DNA of 64,000 bases from Eledone cirrhosa (GCA_964016885.1 OZ024750.1:24366001-24430000); one strand, 5' to 3'. Positions 12,216 to 25,428 are shown, numbered from the stretch's first letter. Numbers and translations are program-made. The notes: generated by a model from the letters alone, not told the origin.

Positions 12216-13922
12216 AATTGGTCCCAATACGTTATTATTGGTACTTTATTTTATTGACCCCGTAAGGATGAAAGGCAAGGCTAAACTCAGCAGGATTCGA
12301 AATCAGAAGGTAAAGGGCCATAACGCTATGCTGCAAAGCATGTCCGACGCCCAACCGATACTGCCAATCCACTGCCCCAACTAATAATTGTTTCCACTTT
12401 TGGCACAAGGCCAGCATTTACCCCAGTGTATTACTGGTACTTTATTTTATCGGCCCCGTAAGGCTGAAAGGCAAAGTTAACCTCGGCAAGATTTGAAGTC
12501 AGACCATAAAAGGCCGTAACTCTATGCTGCAAAGCATGGCGTCCATCCCTCAACTGATACTGCCAACTAATGATATAATGAGAATAATTGTTTCTGGTTT
12601 AGGCACAAGGCCAGCAATTTTGGGGGAGGAGAAAGTCTATTAAATTGACCCCAGTGCATGACTGGTACTTTATTTTATCAACCCCGTAAGGATGAAAGGC
12701 AAAGTTAACCTCGGTGGGATTTGAACTCAGAAAGTAAAGGGCCGTAACTCTATACTGCAAAGCATGTTGTCTGATGCTCTACCAATACTGCCAATCTATG
12801 ACCCTAGTTAATAATGAATGAGTTTACAATTTTAGTAAATCCCTCAAATTGTTTAACACTTTTGATACCAACCCACCCACCCCCATTGTAGGCTCTATGA
12901 AACAAAACTACCCATTTTAAAGGATTCTTGTTGAAATTAAACTCTTCCAACATAATTTTTGTAATTTTAGTAAAACCCTTAACATTTTTCATTAAAGTCC
13001 CTATTTAAATTTAAATCTGACAACATAATTTTATATTAAAATTCTTCATTATTGGTCTGGCAGTATCGGTAGAGGGTCGGACGCCATGCTTTGCAGCGTA
13101 GAGTTACAGCTCTTTACAATCTGAGTTCAAATCCCACCGAGGTTAACTTTGCCTTTCATCCTTACAGGGTCGATAAAATAAAGTACCCGTAATGCACTGG
13201 GATAATTGCTGGCCTTGTGCCAAAAGTAGAAACAATTATTGGTCATGGCAGGGTTAGTGTTCCCCTTTGGACGAATGGGACATAACTTAGAGAAGGGAGC
13301 ACATATTGTAGAGCTAACCTAGGGTGCTAAATATCCAAATAATGTGGTCCGGGATGTAACAAACACTACTTAATACATAGCAAATAGACTATAACTGCTT
13401 GCTGTATTAGTATTCCCTACCCAATATCTGTTGCTAGATGTAGCCAGACATTTACTATTTTGATTATGATAGTTGCTAGCTGTGCCTTAACTATTCCCCT
13501 ATCCTATAGTTATTTGTGCCAAATTTAGCAAGCAGCCCCTCATTTCTTCAAAGATTCTTCCCTTCCCAAGAAAATATCATTTAACATACTTCTGGATATT
13601 TTCAAGTCAGACATTTTTTTTCTTTTCTTCTGCGGGATATAATTCTTATAGATAATCATTTCTACTAATACAGATACCGCAATAGATACTCTATCTAAAT
13701 AGATACTTTATTTAATCCTTTCATTAACATATTTCTGATAATTTTGAAAATAATCAAGAACTTAGTGGGCTTTAATAATATGACTAATTTTCTAATTAAG
13801 AACATAAAGATTCTTACATAAAATTATGAAGGAAGGTTTTTTTTAGATATATATAAACAGTTTAACCCTTTTGTTATCATATTTCCCAAAAATACATTGC
13901 CTTTCACTTTTAAAATAACTTT

Positions 13923-14933
13923 TTAACCCTTTAGCATTTGCATTACTCTATATATAATATTGTATTTTCATGGTAAAGGCTTTACCTTACATAATTATCT
14001 CACATAATATTGAATCTATCAGATTTTGATATTTATTTTGAGAACAATACCTTAACATCAGTATGAGTAGCTAGTTACAACCAGTTTGAACAGAAAGAGG
14101 TGAGAAAATTCTGGTTGGATACGGCCGGTTTAAATGCTAAAGGGTTAAATAATCTAGAATTTAGTAATATACCATAGATACTCGAATATAAGTCAACTCC
14201 ACCAATTTTATGCCTGAGAAACAGGCAAAAATCCCAACCCTATTTATAAACTCAGGCAGCTAATTAACACATTTGGATGACACCCACCATTGATATTTTG
14301 GTCACATATTCCTCGGCTTATATTTGAGTATATAAAGTAACTTTTTTATTAACCCTTTAGCATTTAAGCCAACTGTATCCAGTCAGAATTCTCTCACCTC
14401 TTTCTGTTCAAACCAGTTATGACCGGCCACTCATACTGATGTTAAGGTATTGTTCTCAAAATAAATAATTGTTTCTACTTTTGGCACAACACCAGTAATT
14501 ACCCAGTGCATTACTGGTACTTTATTTTATCAAAATAAATAATATCAAAATCTCATAGATTCAATACTATGTGAGATAAAGCTTTTACTGTAAAAATACA
14601 ATAGTAAATATAGAGTAATGTAAATGCTACAGAGTTAACCCTTTAGCATTTAAACTGGCCGTATCTGGCCAGAAATCTCTCAGCTTTATCTATTCAAACT
14701 GGCTGTAACCAACCACTCATACTTATGTTAAGGCATTGTTCTCAAAATAAACAATATCAAAGTCTCATAGATTCAATATGTGAGATAATTATGTGAGATA
14801 AAGCATTTACCGTGAAAATACAATAGTAAATATAGAGTAATGTAAATGTTATGCGAGATAATTATGTAAGCTAATGCTTTTACCACAAAAATACAATAGT
14901 ATATATAGAGTAATGTAAATGCTAAAGGGTTAA
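13923..14933. mobile_element. Cluster of piggyBac-type MITEs
   Basis: Copies at about 13923-14147, 14349-14638 and 14635-14933, the last two sharing a TTAA junction. Confidence 0.8.
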
Positions 14934-15381
14934 GCCAATGTTTGAAACGTAATAAACATTCTTATATAAAATTATAATTGTTTCTACTTTAGGCACAAGG
15001 CCAGCAATTACCCAGTGCATTACTGGTACTTTATTTTATCGACCCTGTAAGGATGAAAGGCAAAGATAATGGAAGATTTTCATACATATATAAACACTTT
15101 AAGAAGTTTGAATTCTCATAAAACCAGATGTTAATGGTATGGTACAAGGAAGCAAGCAGCTTTGAATAAATAATTGAAGACTAAATGTAATGTGGAATAT
15201 GAGTTAAGCACTAACATATTATAAGTGGTGGTGTTTGGTACACAGATGGTAGAGCCAGCAGCAAACTTGGTCAGTCAAGAACTTGCAAACAATAAGTGGC
15301 GGCAGTGGTGGTGGTGGTGCTGGCTGTAATGTTACACAATGGTAGTGCCATCAGGCAACTTTGATCAGCCAAATACTTAAA

Positions 15382-15430
<49 letters not shown>

Positions 15431-17324
15431 CATCATCATCATCAACGTTTAACGTCCGTGTTCCACGCTTGCATGGTGGTGATGGTAATGTAACACAATG
15501 ATGTGGTACCAGCAACGGAATTTTGGTCAGTCAAGTACTGATATACAGACACATACGTGTGTGTGTGTGTGTGTGTGTGTACTGATATACAGACATGTGT
15601 GTGTGGTGTGGGTGTGTGTGTGTGTGTGTGTGTGTGTACTGATATACAGACATGTGTGTGTGTGTGTGTGTGTGTGTGGGTGTGTGTGGTGTGGGTGTGG
15701 TGTGGGTGTGTGTCTGCAGACTAAGCAATAATTAGACAATTGGCTTCTTTAATAAATTGGAATTGTAAGATGATGATTTCACAGATTAGTACAATGCCAG
15801 AAATGTCAGGGAAGATAGGAACTAAGAAACAATCCCAGTACATAACTAGTGCACATTTTAACAAACGTCTGCTGACATTAACAAAAAGGTTTTTGGTAAA
15901 TGTTGGGTTGAAAGAGGTTAAATTCTGAACCTATTTCTTTGTGGCTCTTGTAACATTTAAAAGGATTTTTGTCACATGTAAATGATATGGGTACACTTTT
16001 AAATACTAACTTTATATACATACATATAGGTAGGTGTATATATAAATATATAGAGAGTTCAAGGAGTCAACAAACAGAGGTACAAAAGTCTTATTAGATT
16101 CACACTTTATATTGGAAAGAGGAAAGAAAATTTGACGTGTCAGGCGTAAACAACTTCTTCAGGAGTACAAATAGACAGGACCACAATGGAGAAACAGAAA
16201 AAAAAGGTCCAGTAAATATATATATATAGACAGAGCGAGATAGAAGATAGATGGATAGATAGACGAGTGTGTAACTGCTAGGGTCTGGATAGTCAGATAG
16301 ACGATATCCATGTTGATAATGGATCCTTCATTGGTTTAAAAGATTAGCATCCAGTTTGATCGACGAAATGTCCAACTATGAGTGGTTGAGTATTCCACAG
16401 AGACGTGTACGCTTAACGTAATTTTGGGGCAGATTCAGCATGACAATGTATATGACAAAGCTGGATCGTTGAATTACAGCTACAGTCCATTTGATGAGCT
16501 GCTAAACAGTTTCCATCAATCATATTTTACTCAGAAGGCATGGTCGACTTGTGGCTTTGGTAAATGTATGTATGTATGGTCCCATAACTCCTGATAGAGT
16601 CCTAGGGACGCTGTATTGACATACGGAGTTTGTTGGGCATTTTAAAACCTGGCACAGCCCATTTCTTCCAGAGAAAGACAGAAAGTGAGAGAGAGCAAAT
16701 GAGAAAGGGATATAGAAGAAGAATCGACCCCAGTACTAAAAATGGTACTTTTTTTTTAACCGACCGCGAAAGGATGAAAGCCAAAGTTGACCTCGGTGGG
16801 AATCGAACTCAGAGAGCAGAGAGCTGGAACGAATACCCTAAATCATTGGTGTTCTAACAACTCTGCCAATTTGTCACCTTTCTTTGGTAAATAACTGATG
16901 CCATGCAGAGCTCAGCACCTAACGATTGTGAAATTGCGTCTTCTTTGACCACCTTTTAATAATGGTTTCTACGTTAGGCACAAGGCCAGCAATTACCCAG
17001 TTCATTACTGGTACTTTATTTTATCGACCCCCGTAAGGATGAAAGGCAAAGTTAACCTCGGCGGGATTTGAACTCAGATCGTAAAGGGACGTAACTATGC
17101 TGGAAAGTATGGCGTCCGACCCTCTACCGATACTGCCAACCTTTTAATAATGGTTTCTAATTTAGGCACAAGGTACACTCTAGTACTTTATTTTATCGAC
17201 CATGGAAGGATGAAAGATAAACTTGACTTCAGTGGGACTTGTATTCAACACAAAGGGTCGTAACTATATGCCACAAAGCATTTTGTCTGACACTTTACCA
17301 ATTCTGCCAATTAACAGCTCTCAT

Positions 17325-17645
17325 AGTCTTCTTCTTCGCCCACTTATTCCTGAGAGGGTCGAGGAGGCAGAGTCCTCAAACACTCCCTCCAGCGGGTCCT
17401 GTCAGAACCAACCTTCTCCATCTGATCTGGCTGGATCCTCAAGCATGATCAGCCAAGCTCATGGATGTTATCCAACCATCTTGCTCAGGATCTACCCCCC
17501 CCCCTCCGGGTCTCCTGCCCATAAAATCTATCTAGCGATTCTTTTCTGAGACATTCCAACCACATGTCCATAATATCAAAGCTGTGATCTCTCAATTCGG
17601 AGAAGTAGCAGCTCTACCTGGGGCAATTCCCTGATCTCCAAGAAT
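17325..17645 (-). mobile_element. RTE LINE 3' fragment (same family as 38805)
   Basis: Nucleotide similarity to 38805-39100; (GAA)n tail; LLLRIERSQL. Confidence 0.75.
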
Positions 17646-17876
17646 CTGGGGTAATGTGATTGCGAAGTAAACCCCTTAATCCTTTCAACCCTATTACTAA
17701 ACATGAGAAAGTATCTATTCAAAGTGAAACAAGAGTAGTTTTGATCCACTAATGTTAACAGAATAGGAAATACCATTCCATTAATTAACAGATAAAGGAA
17801 GGGTTAAGTGCTGACTCTCTTTCTGTTTCTGCCTATCCCTTTCTATCTCTGACTCTCATTATCTGCTTGTCTGAAA

Positions 17877-18064
17877 GGCGGTGAATTGGCAGTGTCGGTA
17901 GAGGGTCGGACGCCATGCTTTCCAGCATAGTTACGTCCCTTTACGATCTGAGTTCAAATCCCGCCGAGGTTGACTTTGCCTTTCATCCTTACGGGGTCGA
18001 TAAAATAAAGTACCAGTAATGCACTGGGTTATTGCTGGCCTTGTGCCAATAGTAGAAACAATTA
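17877..18064 (+). mobile_element. tRNA-derived SINE (dominant family; representative full-length copy)
   Basis: Box A TGGCAGTGTCGG, box B GAGTTCAAATCC, core GCCTTTCATCCTTACGGGGTCGATAAAATAAAGTACCAG; TSD attatctgcttgtctga. More than 30 copies in the window, e.g. 4968, 11205, 12235-12797, 13052, 16960, 23222, 28852, 36782, 38440, 39978, 42190-42596, 52238, 56805-57167 and 59212-59435. Confidence 0.9.
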
Positions 18065-18132
18065 TCTGCTTGTCTGATCCTCTCTCTCTCTCTCTCTTCC
18101 CCATCTCATACTCTATTAACTGTATACTAATA

Positions 18133-18319
18133 ACTGTTTCTACTTTAGGCACAAGGCCAGAAATTACCCAGTGCATTACTGGTACTTTATTTTATCGACC
18201 TCGTAAGGATGAAAGGCAAAGTCAACCTCGGCGGGATTTGAACTCAGATCGTAAAGGGACGTAACTATGCTGGAAAGCATGGCGTCCGACCCTCTACCGA
18301 TACTGCCAATCCACCGCCC
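18133..18319 (-). mobile_element. tRNA-derived SINE
   Basis: Inverted near-identical copy of 17877-18064; TSD ctgtatactaataa. Confidence 0.9.
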
Positions 18320-18586
18320 TCTGTATACTAATAATAAGGGGGAGGAGGAGGAGGAAGAGACAACTATGTAAACTTAGTTAAGGTAAGGTTTGTACCCGTT
18401 TACCAACACCCAACTGTGATGTGATAAACTGTAACATTGTGTAGGTGGACAAGTGGGGTGTATGGGCAGGTGGATGCATAATTAACATGTCCCCGTGTGT
18501 ATAATTAATATATAGCACTGTTAGCAATAATAATATATGCCGAGTTTATCTTTGCATTGGCACAAGACCAGGAGAGAGAGAGAGAG

Positions 18587-19512
<926 letters not shown>

Positions 19513-19692
19513 TAGGGCGTTGTTTTCTGATTAGGATAAGTTACTCACCCAATACATCAGTAGAGAAAATCCATATCAATATTATATAGAAATAAATCAC
19601 TTACACAACACTAAAAGTATTTCATTGTTATGAAATCATCAGGAATATGTGTGTGTATAAATATATATATACACATACACAAAAATAAACGC

Positions 19693-19875
19693 AAAAAAGA
19701 GGGGGGGGGGCATCATGGATTGTCTTGCCGCTTGGATGAAGGTCGGTGCGCTTGCCATACTAAGCCGAACCTAATTATTAAGTGGGCCCTGGCTGGAGTC
19801 AACATCCACTTAGTTCTGGACCCTTGGGTAAGAGGTAGATGCCACGTACGGAACGTCACAGTTAGCGGCTCTTTT
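19693..19875 (-). ncRNA. Unassigned structured RNA candidate (possible Pol III transcript)
   Basis: TTATATA at 19905-19899, multiple complementary segments, terminal TTTTTT at 19698-19693. No family recognised. Confidence 0.3.
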
Positions 19876-19969
19876 GCTCATTTCCACATGTTGGATGCTA
19901 TATAACGGAACGTTATAAAATTCTAAAATACCAGGAATTATCGACCAGAAAATAACTTTTTGGGGGAAG

Positions 19970-20193
19970 AGGCTATGTCGCCGGTAAGAGTGTCAGACAC
20001 CATAAGTTGCGGCCCGCGTTAACACAATTTGAAATATTTTCCACCATCAATTTAGTTACACTTTAGTTACATACACACACATCTTCACATAAATACATAA
20101 ACAGATACAGACGACAGAAGGGAGGGGCTGGTGAAACGTTATAGCGATGTGTATTGCATCCCTTTAGGGTTTACCGGCTACATACATAGCCTA
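19970..20193. mobile_element. Short inverted-repeat element (copy of 54788-55043)
   Basis: Collinear similarity with one internal deletion. Confidence 0.8.
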
Positions 20194-21064
20194 TTCGAAT
20201 AAAATTCTAAAATACCAAGAATTATCGACCAGAAAACAATTTTTTCAGCCTGTAAAATTCGAGACATTGTTGGCGGCGCCTATGTATAAGGTGTGCCCAA
20301 GAGTATACTTGGTTACCCCAGTGTCTTATTTATCTTTGCTACCAACCGCGGCAAAGTTGCAAGTGGGTTGGCTTACCTACAAAATTATTAGAGGATTAGA
20401 GGGTTAACTCAACACCCCTTACCGAGGGGTTTTTTCTCTCTCTTTTTTTATTTTTTACTTTCCTCCTTTTTAAAATAAAATATTTTGGTAAATGTATAGA
20501 AAAGCACTCGCTGGGGTTCGCTAAGAAAATCTTTTTTTTTTTAGTTTTATTCCGTGTGTTTTCAACTTATCTGACCTACCACATACTCGCACTCGACTTT
20601 TTTTTTTTTTTTTCGAAAATGGAGGGGGGGGGGGGGGGGCTGATTTTTCCCAATCTCGAAGATTTCTTTGGAAAGAATTTTTCTTTTTTAGGTTTTTCGT
20701 TTGTTTTCGACCAATCTAACATCCGACACTTTCGCCAACGACACCTTTTTTTCCGAAAACAGAGTCGTTGGTGAGAAAATCCGAGGGGCCACATCTCGCA
20801 CCCCCCTTTCAATTTTCGAATCCCAAAGGGTGTTCTTCTATAAATTTACCAAATTCTTTATATAAATCGTGTTTGTGTTTCAAACATAATCTTTTCTCTC
20901 CTCGTGGTACCGGTGGGTGGGGTGATAATATTAATTTAAAAAGAACAAAATTAAATTCTGTTAAACACCCCTCCCCCACTCGCACCCACCCCAAAAATCT
21001 AAGTATTTATAAAATAAATAATATATAAATATAAAAAAATATAAATATATATGTATAAACTCAC

Positions 21065-21180
21065 CTTAAATGTACAAGAAGATAAATCTATCTTCTTTCA
21101 AACGAAATAATTTACTTGCAAGTTGCGAGTAAAGCCTGTCAGAAGCGGAGTATGTAATCTTACTTCATCGCCATCACAAA
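21065..21180 (-). other. Putative non-coding first exon of an unidentified gene
   Basis: CpG-rich, repeat-free region (about 20260-21350). On the minus strand GATGGCG (YY1-like initiator-type motif, also opening a tiny uORF ATG GCG ATG AAG TAA) is followed by a consensus donor TTAAG|GTGAGT at 21064. Confidence 0.55.
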
Positions 21181-21451
21181 TCAAATGCGAGGAAACTTAG
21201 CCGAAATTGCGCGCACTACGAAATTACAATGATAACTACTACGTAAACTACGGAAGAGCAGACGTGCAAAAAACAATGTAATGTAATTATTCGCGCATTT
21301 CGGTGCTTCAGCGCGCCCCCAACCCCTCATTAATTATTTCCGCTGTGACCATGAGCCAAGCCAACTAATGCGATGTTTTGCAAAGGACTTGATGTAGAGG
21401 ATTTTATTTTGTTGTTGTTCTTTTTTTAAAATATAGTTTTGTTTTAGATAT

Positions 21452-21728
21452 TGGCGGCAAATTGGCCGAGTCGTTTAAACGTCGGATAGAATGCTTTATG
21501 GTATTCGTTATGGCTCTCTGAGTTCAAATCCCGCCGAGGTCAACTTTGCCTTTCATCCTTTTGAGGTCTATAAAAAAAAGTACTAGTCAAGTACTGGGGT
21601 CGATTCTTCCTCTCTCTGGAAGAAATCTGCTGACCTCAGGCCTGGAGAGGGATGGGCTCCGCCAGGCTTAAAAATGCCCATGAAACGCCATGTATGAATA
21701 CGGCGACCCTACCACTCTATCAGGAGTT
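21452..21728 (+). mobile_element. SINE variant with a different 3' tail
   Basis: Same head and core but tail ...ctcaggcctggagagggatgggctccgccaggc...; relatives at 4700-4950 (+) and 29390-29660 (-). Confidence 0.75.
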
Positions 21729-22053
21729 ACGGGACCATACATACACATAATGGTTTCTTATATAGGCACAAGGCCAGCAATTTTGTGGGAGGGGAAAGTC
21801 GATTAAATCGACGCCATTGCGTGACTGGTACTTTTATTTTATCGACCCCGTAAGGATGAAAAGCAAAGTTAACCTCGGCGGGATTATACATAATACATAC
21901 ATTTAAATACTGCCAATTTATTTCATTGTTATTTTTACTGAATATCAAGTACCACATCTACCCCTCTGGTTTATTTCATTACCATATTTCTATTGAGGAT
22001 TGGCAATATCGGTAGAGCGTCGGACAAAATGCTTTGTGACATATAGTTACGAT

Positions 22054-22350
22054 CAGAGGCATATCTAGGGAAAATAAGACCTATGGCAAGCAGTGAAATT
22101 GTACCCTTGCCCAGCACTGTATTTTTTACCTATGGAGGTCTAATAATTTATATAAATGGTTTAATGATCCAGCCACCATAGTGTTCTCACCCATTACAGA
22201 GACAGATCATACACCTGAAGGAGTTTCTTTTTTCACTCTCTGACGAAGCTTATTTGACTTTAATAGAACGTGCTCCTAGTTCAAGTGGTGCCCCCTTCAT
22301 GTGGGGCCCATGGCACGTGCCATGCTTGTCATACCCTATTTACGCCTCTG
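22054..22350. mobile_element. hAT-type MITE inserted in a SINE
   Basis: TIR CAGAGGC...GCCTCTG; 8-bp TSD GTTACGAT/GTTACGAC; SINE halves on either side. Confidence 0.85.
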
Positions 22351-23469
22351 GTTACGACCCATTACGTTCTGAGTTCAAATCAACTTTCCACTTCGCTAAA
22401 ATTTGCTGGCCTTGTACCTAAATTAGAAATCATCATTTTAAAGGTTCTTATATAAAAAACAAGATGGAAGGTAATTAGAAAAATATAGACACTTTAACCC
22501 TTCCCTATTAATATATCTAATGAGAGACACTGCCTATAATTTTCAAATAAATTTGAAAATAAATTAGAATTTTAAAGGGATTTAGTAATGTAACTAATTA
22601 TTAAATTGGTGTTTAAAGGGCGGACATGCTTTGCGGAATGGAGTTACGTCCCGTTGCGTTCTGAGTTCAAATCACCCCAAGGTTAGCTTTGCCTTTCGTC
22701 CTTATGTAGTCGATAAAATATAGTACCAGTAATGCACTGGGGTCGATTTAATCGACTTTCCCCCTCCCTCCGAAACTGTTGGCCTTGTGTCTAAATCGGA
22801 AACCATTATTATATTGGTGTTTGGAACATAACTTAACAAAGGTTCATACATAAAATTATGATGGAAGGTATTTAGATAAATATAAACACTTTAACCCTCC
22901 CTTCCCATACCATATTTCGATAATTTTTATAATTACATCCGTCTCGCGTTGAGGTGAGATTTGTTTTTTCCTGCCCACCTCCCCCAGTTAACTGAAAAAC
23001 GAATAATTGCCGACGGTTTTGAAGGTCAGATTCGTTTAAAACATTAAAAAGCCAAGAAAAAAACATAAATTTCATCTCTAACACCAAACGAGTAATTGTA
23101 AAAATCTACGCACATTTCTAATGAAAGAAATTACCTATGATTTTCAAATAGTTTTGAAAATTATCAAGAATTTGGAGGGATTTAATAGTATAACTTAACC
23201 TTTTCAATATTAAGCTGGTGTAGGGTGGTCGATTGGCAGAATCGGTAGAGCGTCAGACACTATGCTTTGTATCATAGAGTTATGACCTATTACGTTCTGA
23301 GTTTAAATCCCGCCGAGGTTAGCTTTGCCTTTCATCATTACGGGGTCGATAAAATAAAGTACCAGTAATGTACTGGGTGGATTTGATCGACTTTCCCCTC
23401 CCCCTAAAATTTGCTGGCTTTGTGTCTAAATCGGAAACCATTATTAAGCTGGTGTTTAGAATATAACAT

Positions 23470-24258
23470 CAGATAGAACCGTTTCCATTTTCGTATGCTA
23501 CAAGGAAGTGAACAGTACCACTCCCCTGTTGAAAAAGACGCCCAAGCGATGGTGGAATCGATTCACCATTGGAGACACTTCCTTTTTGTTAGGCTTCTTG
23601 TGACGCTAAACTCCGCCAGTTGCAGACTGCGCATCAACATGTGACATCTCTCTCCACAAAGTTCGATCACCAGCAGCAGAATTCAAAGGGCAAAGATCAA
23701 GTCCAGTCCATAAGTTAACATTATCAAGCCATCGTTTTGGCTGCTGGCCTCTGCTCCTCTTACCAACCAACCTTCCTTCCAGACATAACCTACTCACACT
23801 ACGAGTTGATCTTTTTATATGGCCGTATAGTTTGAGTACTCTTGACTTGACAATAGATGTAATTGGTCTAAGTCTGGTAATGTTGAGCAGCTCACTGATA
23901 CAGATATGGTCACTGAGCCTCTTGTCAGTTATAAGTCTCATGATGTGGTTCTGGAATGTAGAGAGCTTCTGAGGTGACCTTGTCGTCCAATTAGCACAGT
24001 CAAGACAATATAACACAACTGGTAGGATGTAAGTATCAAAGATCTTAGCCTTCAAATGATAGGAAACACGTTTTGATGTTAGTACTTCCTTGTTCTTGTT
24101 GAAAGCTGCCCGACCTAGAGGGATTCGATATTGCGCAGCAACCATTTTATTGTTGTTTGATGATAGTTAGGCATTTCACATTAATTACTGACCAACGTTC
24201 TGTTGCATTTATGTATGACAATAAATCTACAAGCAAAATTAAAAATGATAACATTATA
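23470..24258 (+). mobile_element. Gypsy pol (RNase H) remnant split by an RTE insertion
   Basis: LQGSEQYHSPVEKDAQAMVESIHHWRHFL (to 23594) continues as RHFTLITDQRSVAFMYDNK (from 24169). Confidence 0.85.
23595..24165 (-). mobile_element. 5'-truncated RTE-clade LINE with 7-bp TSD
   Basis: ORF 23606-24145 has RTE-like C-terminal motifs (YILPVVLY, LKLYGHIKR, GKRSRGQQPKRW); TSD GTTAGGC at 23588-23594 and 24166-24172. Confidence 0.88.
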
Positions 24259-25428
24259 AGTTACAGGGAGGTCACGAGTTTTCAAGGAGTGTGTTACTGG
24301 TTTCCATATAATACCGTTAATATCATATTATATCGCTCTATTTGACTGTTTCCGGTGGGAATATTCGGTGTTGGTCTACTTGTTTCAATGCCCTTATTGA
24401 GGAGCCATTCTCTCAATTCTACAGACATAAAGGCAGTTCAACGGAATATACGTAACCTGGCATACCGAAAATTGCTAACAAGTTTCTAAAACATTTTATG
24501 ACTCTCTGAACTGATATATCAGATACTGGGTAACCAAACAGAAACCGTGAGTATGAAGCGATGGTTAGAGGTGAAATAACACGACAAAATAGATGGTTCC
24601 GTTTAAATATAAAATTTACTTCACTTTAGTTAATACAAGAACAAAGAATAGGATTACTACAAGTTATAAAGGTAGACTATGTTTTTGTTGTTGAAATAGA
24701 GTGGCAAGATAAGGTGAAAGTCTGTAAGACAAGGAGAAAGAGAGTAAAAGGTCTGTAGACGCCAAGGGGTCTGTAGAAAGAAAATGTTTTACATGGTTAC
24801 TGTATCAGAAACTGCTTCGAACTGCTTTTTGCTTGGTCTGAGACAGGTTATTTATATCTGTTGCTTCCTCTGTCCACTGCCTCGAGAGATCGCCCACGCA
24901 TTAACTTGTTTACTCCAAAAAGGAGGTAACCCGGAATTTGACCGTTAAGTGTCACCCAAGGTGTGGACAGGTTTCGCTACAAGTATTTGTCAACGATGGT
25001 TAGAAGATAAGGAGCCTTTGGAGCAGGAATCGGACCTTTGAAATCAATCGAAATTCGCTCGAATGGTTGCATGGCTTTGACTCACGTTTTCCACTGAATA
25101 TGGAAGATTTCTTGTGAGTACGAAATGGTGGAGACGTGTTACACCCGGATAGCATAGTGCGGCACGTAACTCATACAGTGATTGTGAACTGACAGCTGAC
25201 AGCGCACCCTAGTGAATGGATCTGGAGCGGTGTTACTGGGACCAGAGTGACAGTGAATATCATACGAGTATGGGATTAATGCAATGCGCCATCTCATAGT
25301 TTTATCATTTTAAATTTAGCTTGTAGATTTATTGTCATACATAAATGCAACAGAACGTTGGTCAGTAATTAATGTGAAATGCCTATCAAGAAGGAATTGT
25401 CTCCAATGGTGAATCGATTCAACCATTG
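24259..25428 (-). mobile_element. Gypsy pol (RNase H-integrase) remnant
   Basis: The minus strand encodes HFTLITDQRSVAFMY, PGVTRLHHFV, PFERISIDFKGP, YLLTIVDKY / YSRF, IFGMPGY, GNSQIERYN, with frameshifts. Confidence 0.88.
24554..24981 (-). mobile_element. Solo LTR inserted in the integrase
   Basis: Termini TGAAGCGA...TCGCTACA (imperfect inverted repeat, TG..CA); 4-bp TSD AGTA at 24550-24553 and 24982-24985; TATAAA inside on the minus strand. Confidence 0.85.

Noticed and set aside
13262-13282. GGACGAATGGGAC, resembling the 3' end of the HDV ribozyme
   Set aside because: No adjacent upstream P1, P2 (GTCCCA) or P3 elements could be found.
15768-15880. ATGATGA...CTGA, C/D snoRNA-like spacing
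   Set aside because: Weak terminal stem, no rRNA/snRNA guide I can recognise, and opposite to the inferred host-gene strand.
17877-18064. SINE heads as tRNA genes
   Set aside because: A and B boxes are present but there is no cloverleaf; multi-copy with TSDs and a conserved non-tRNA body.
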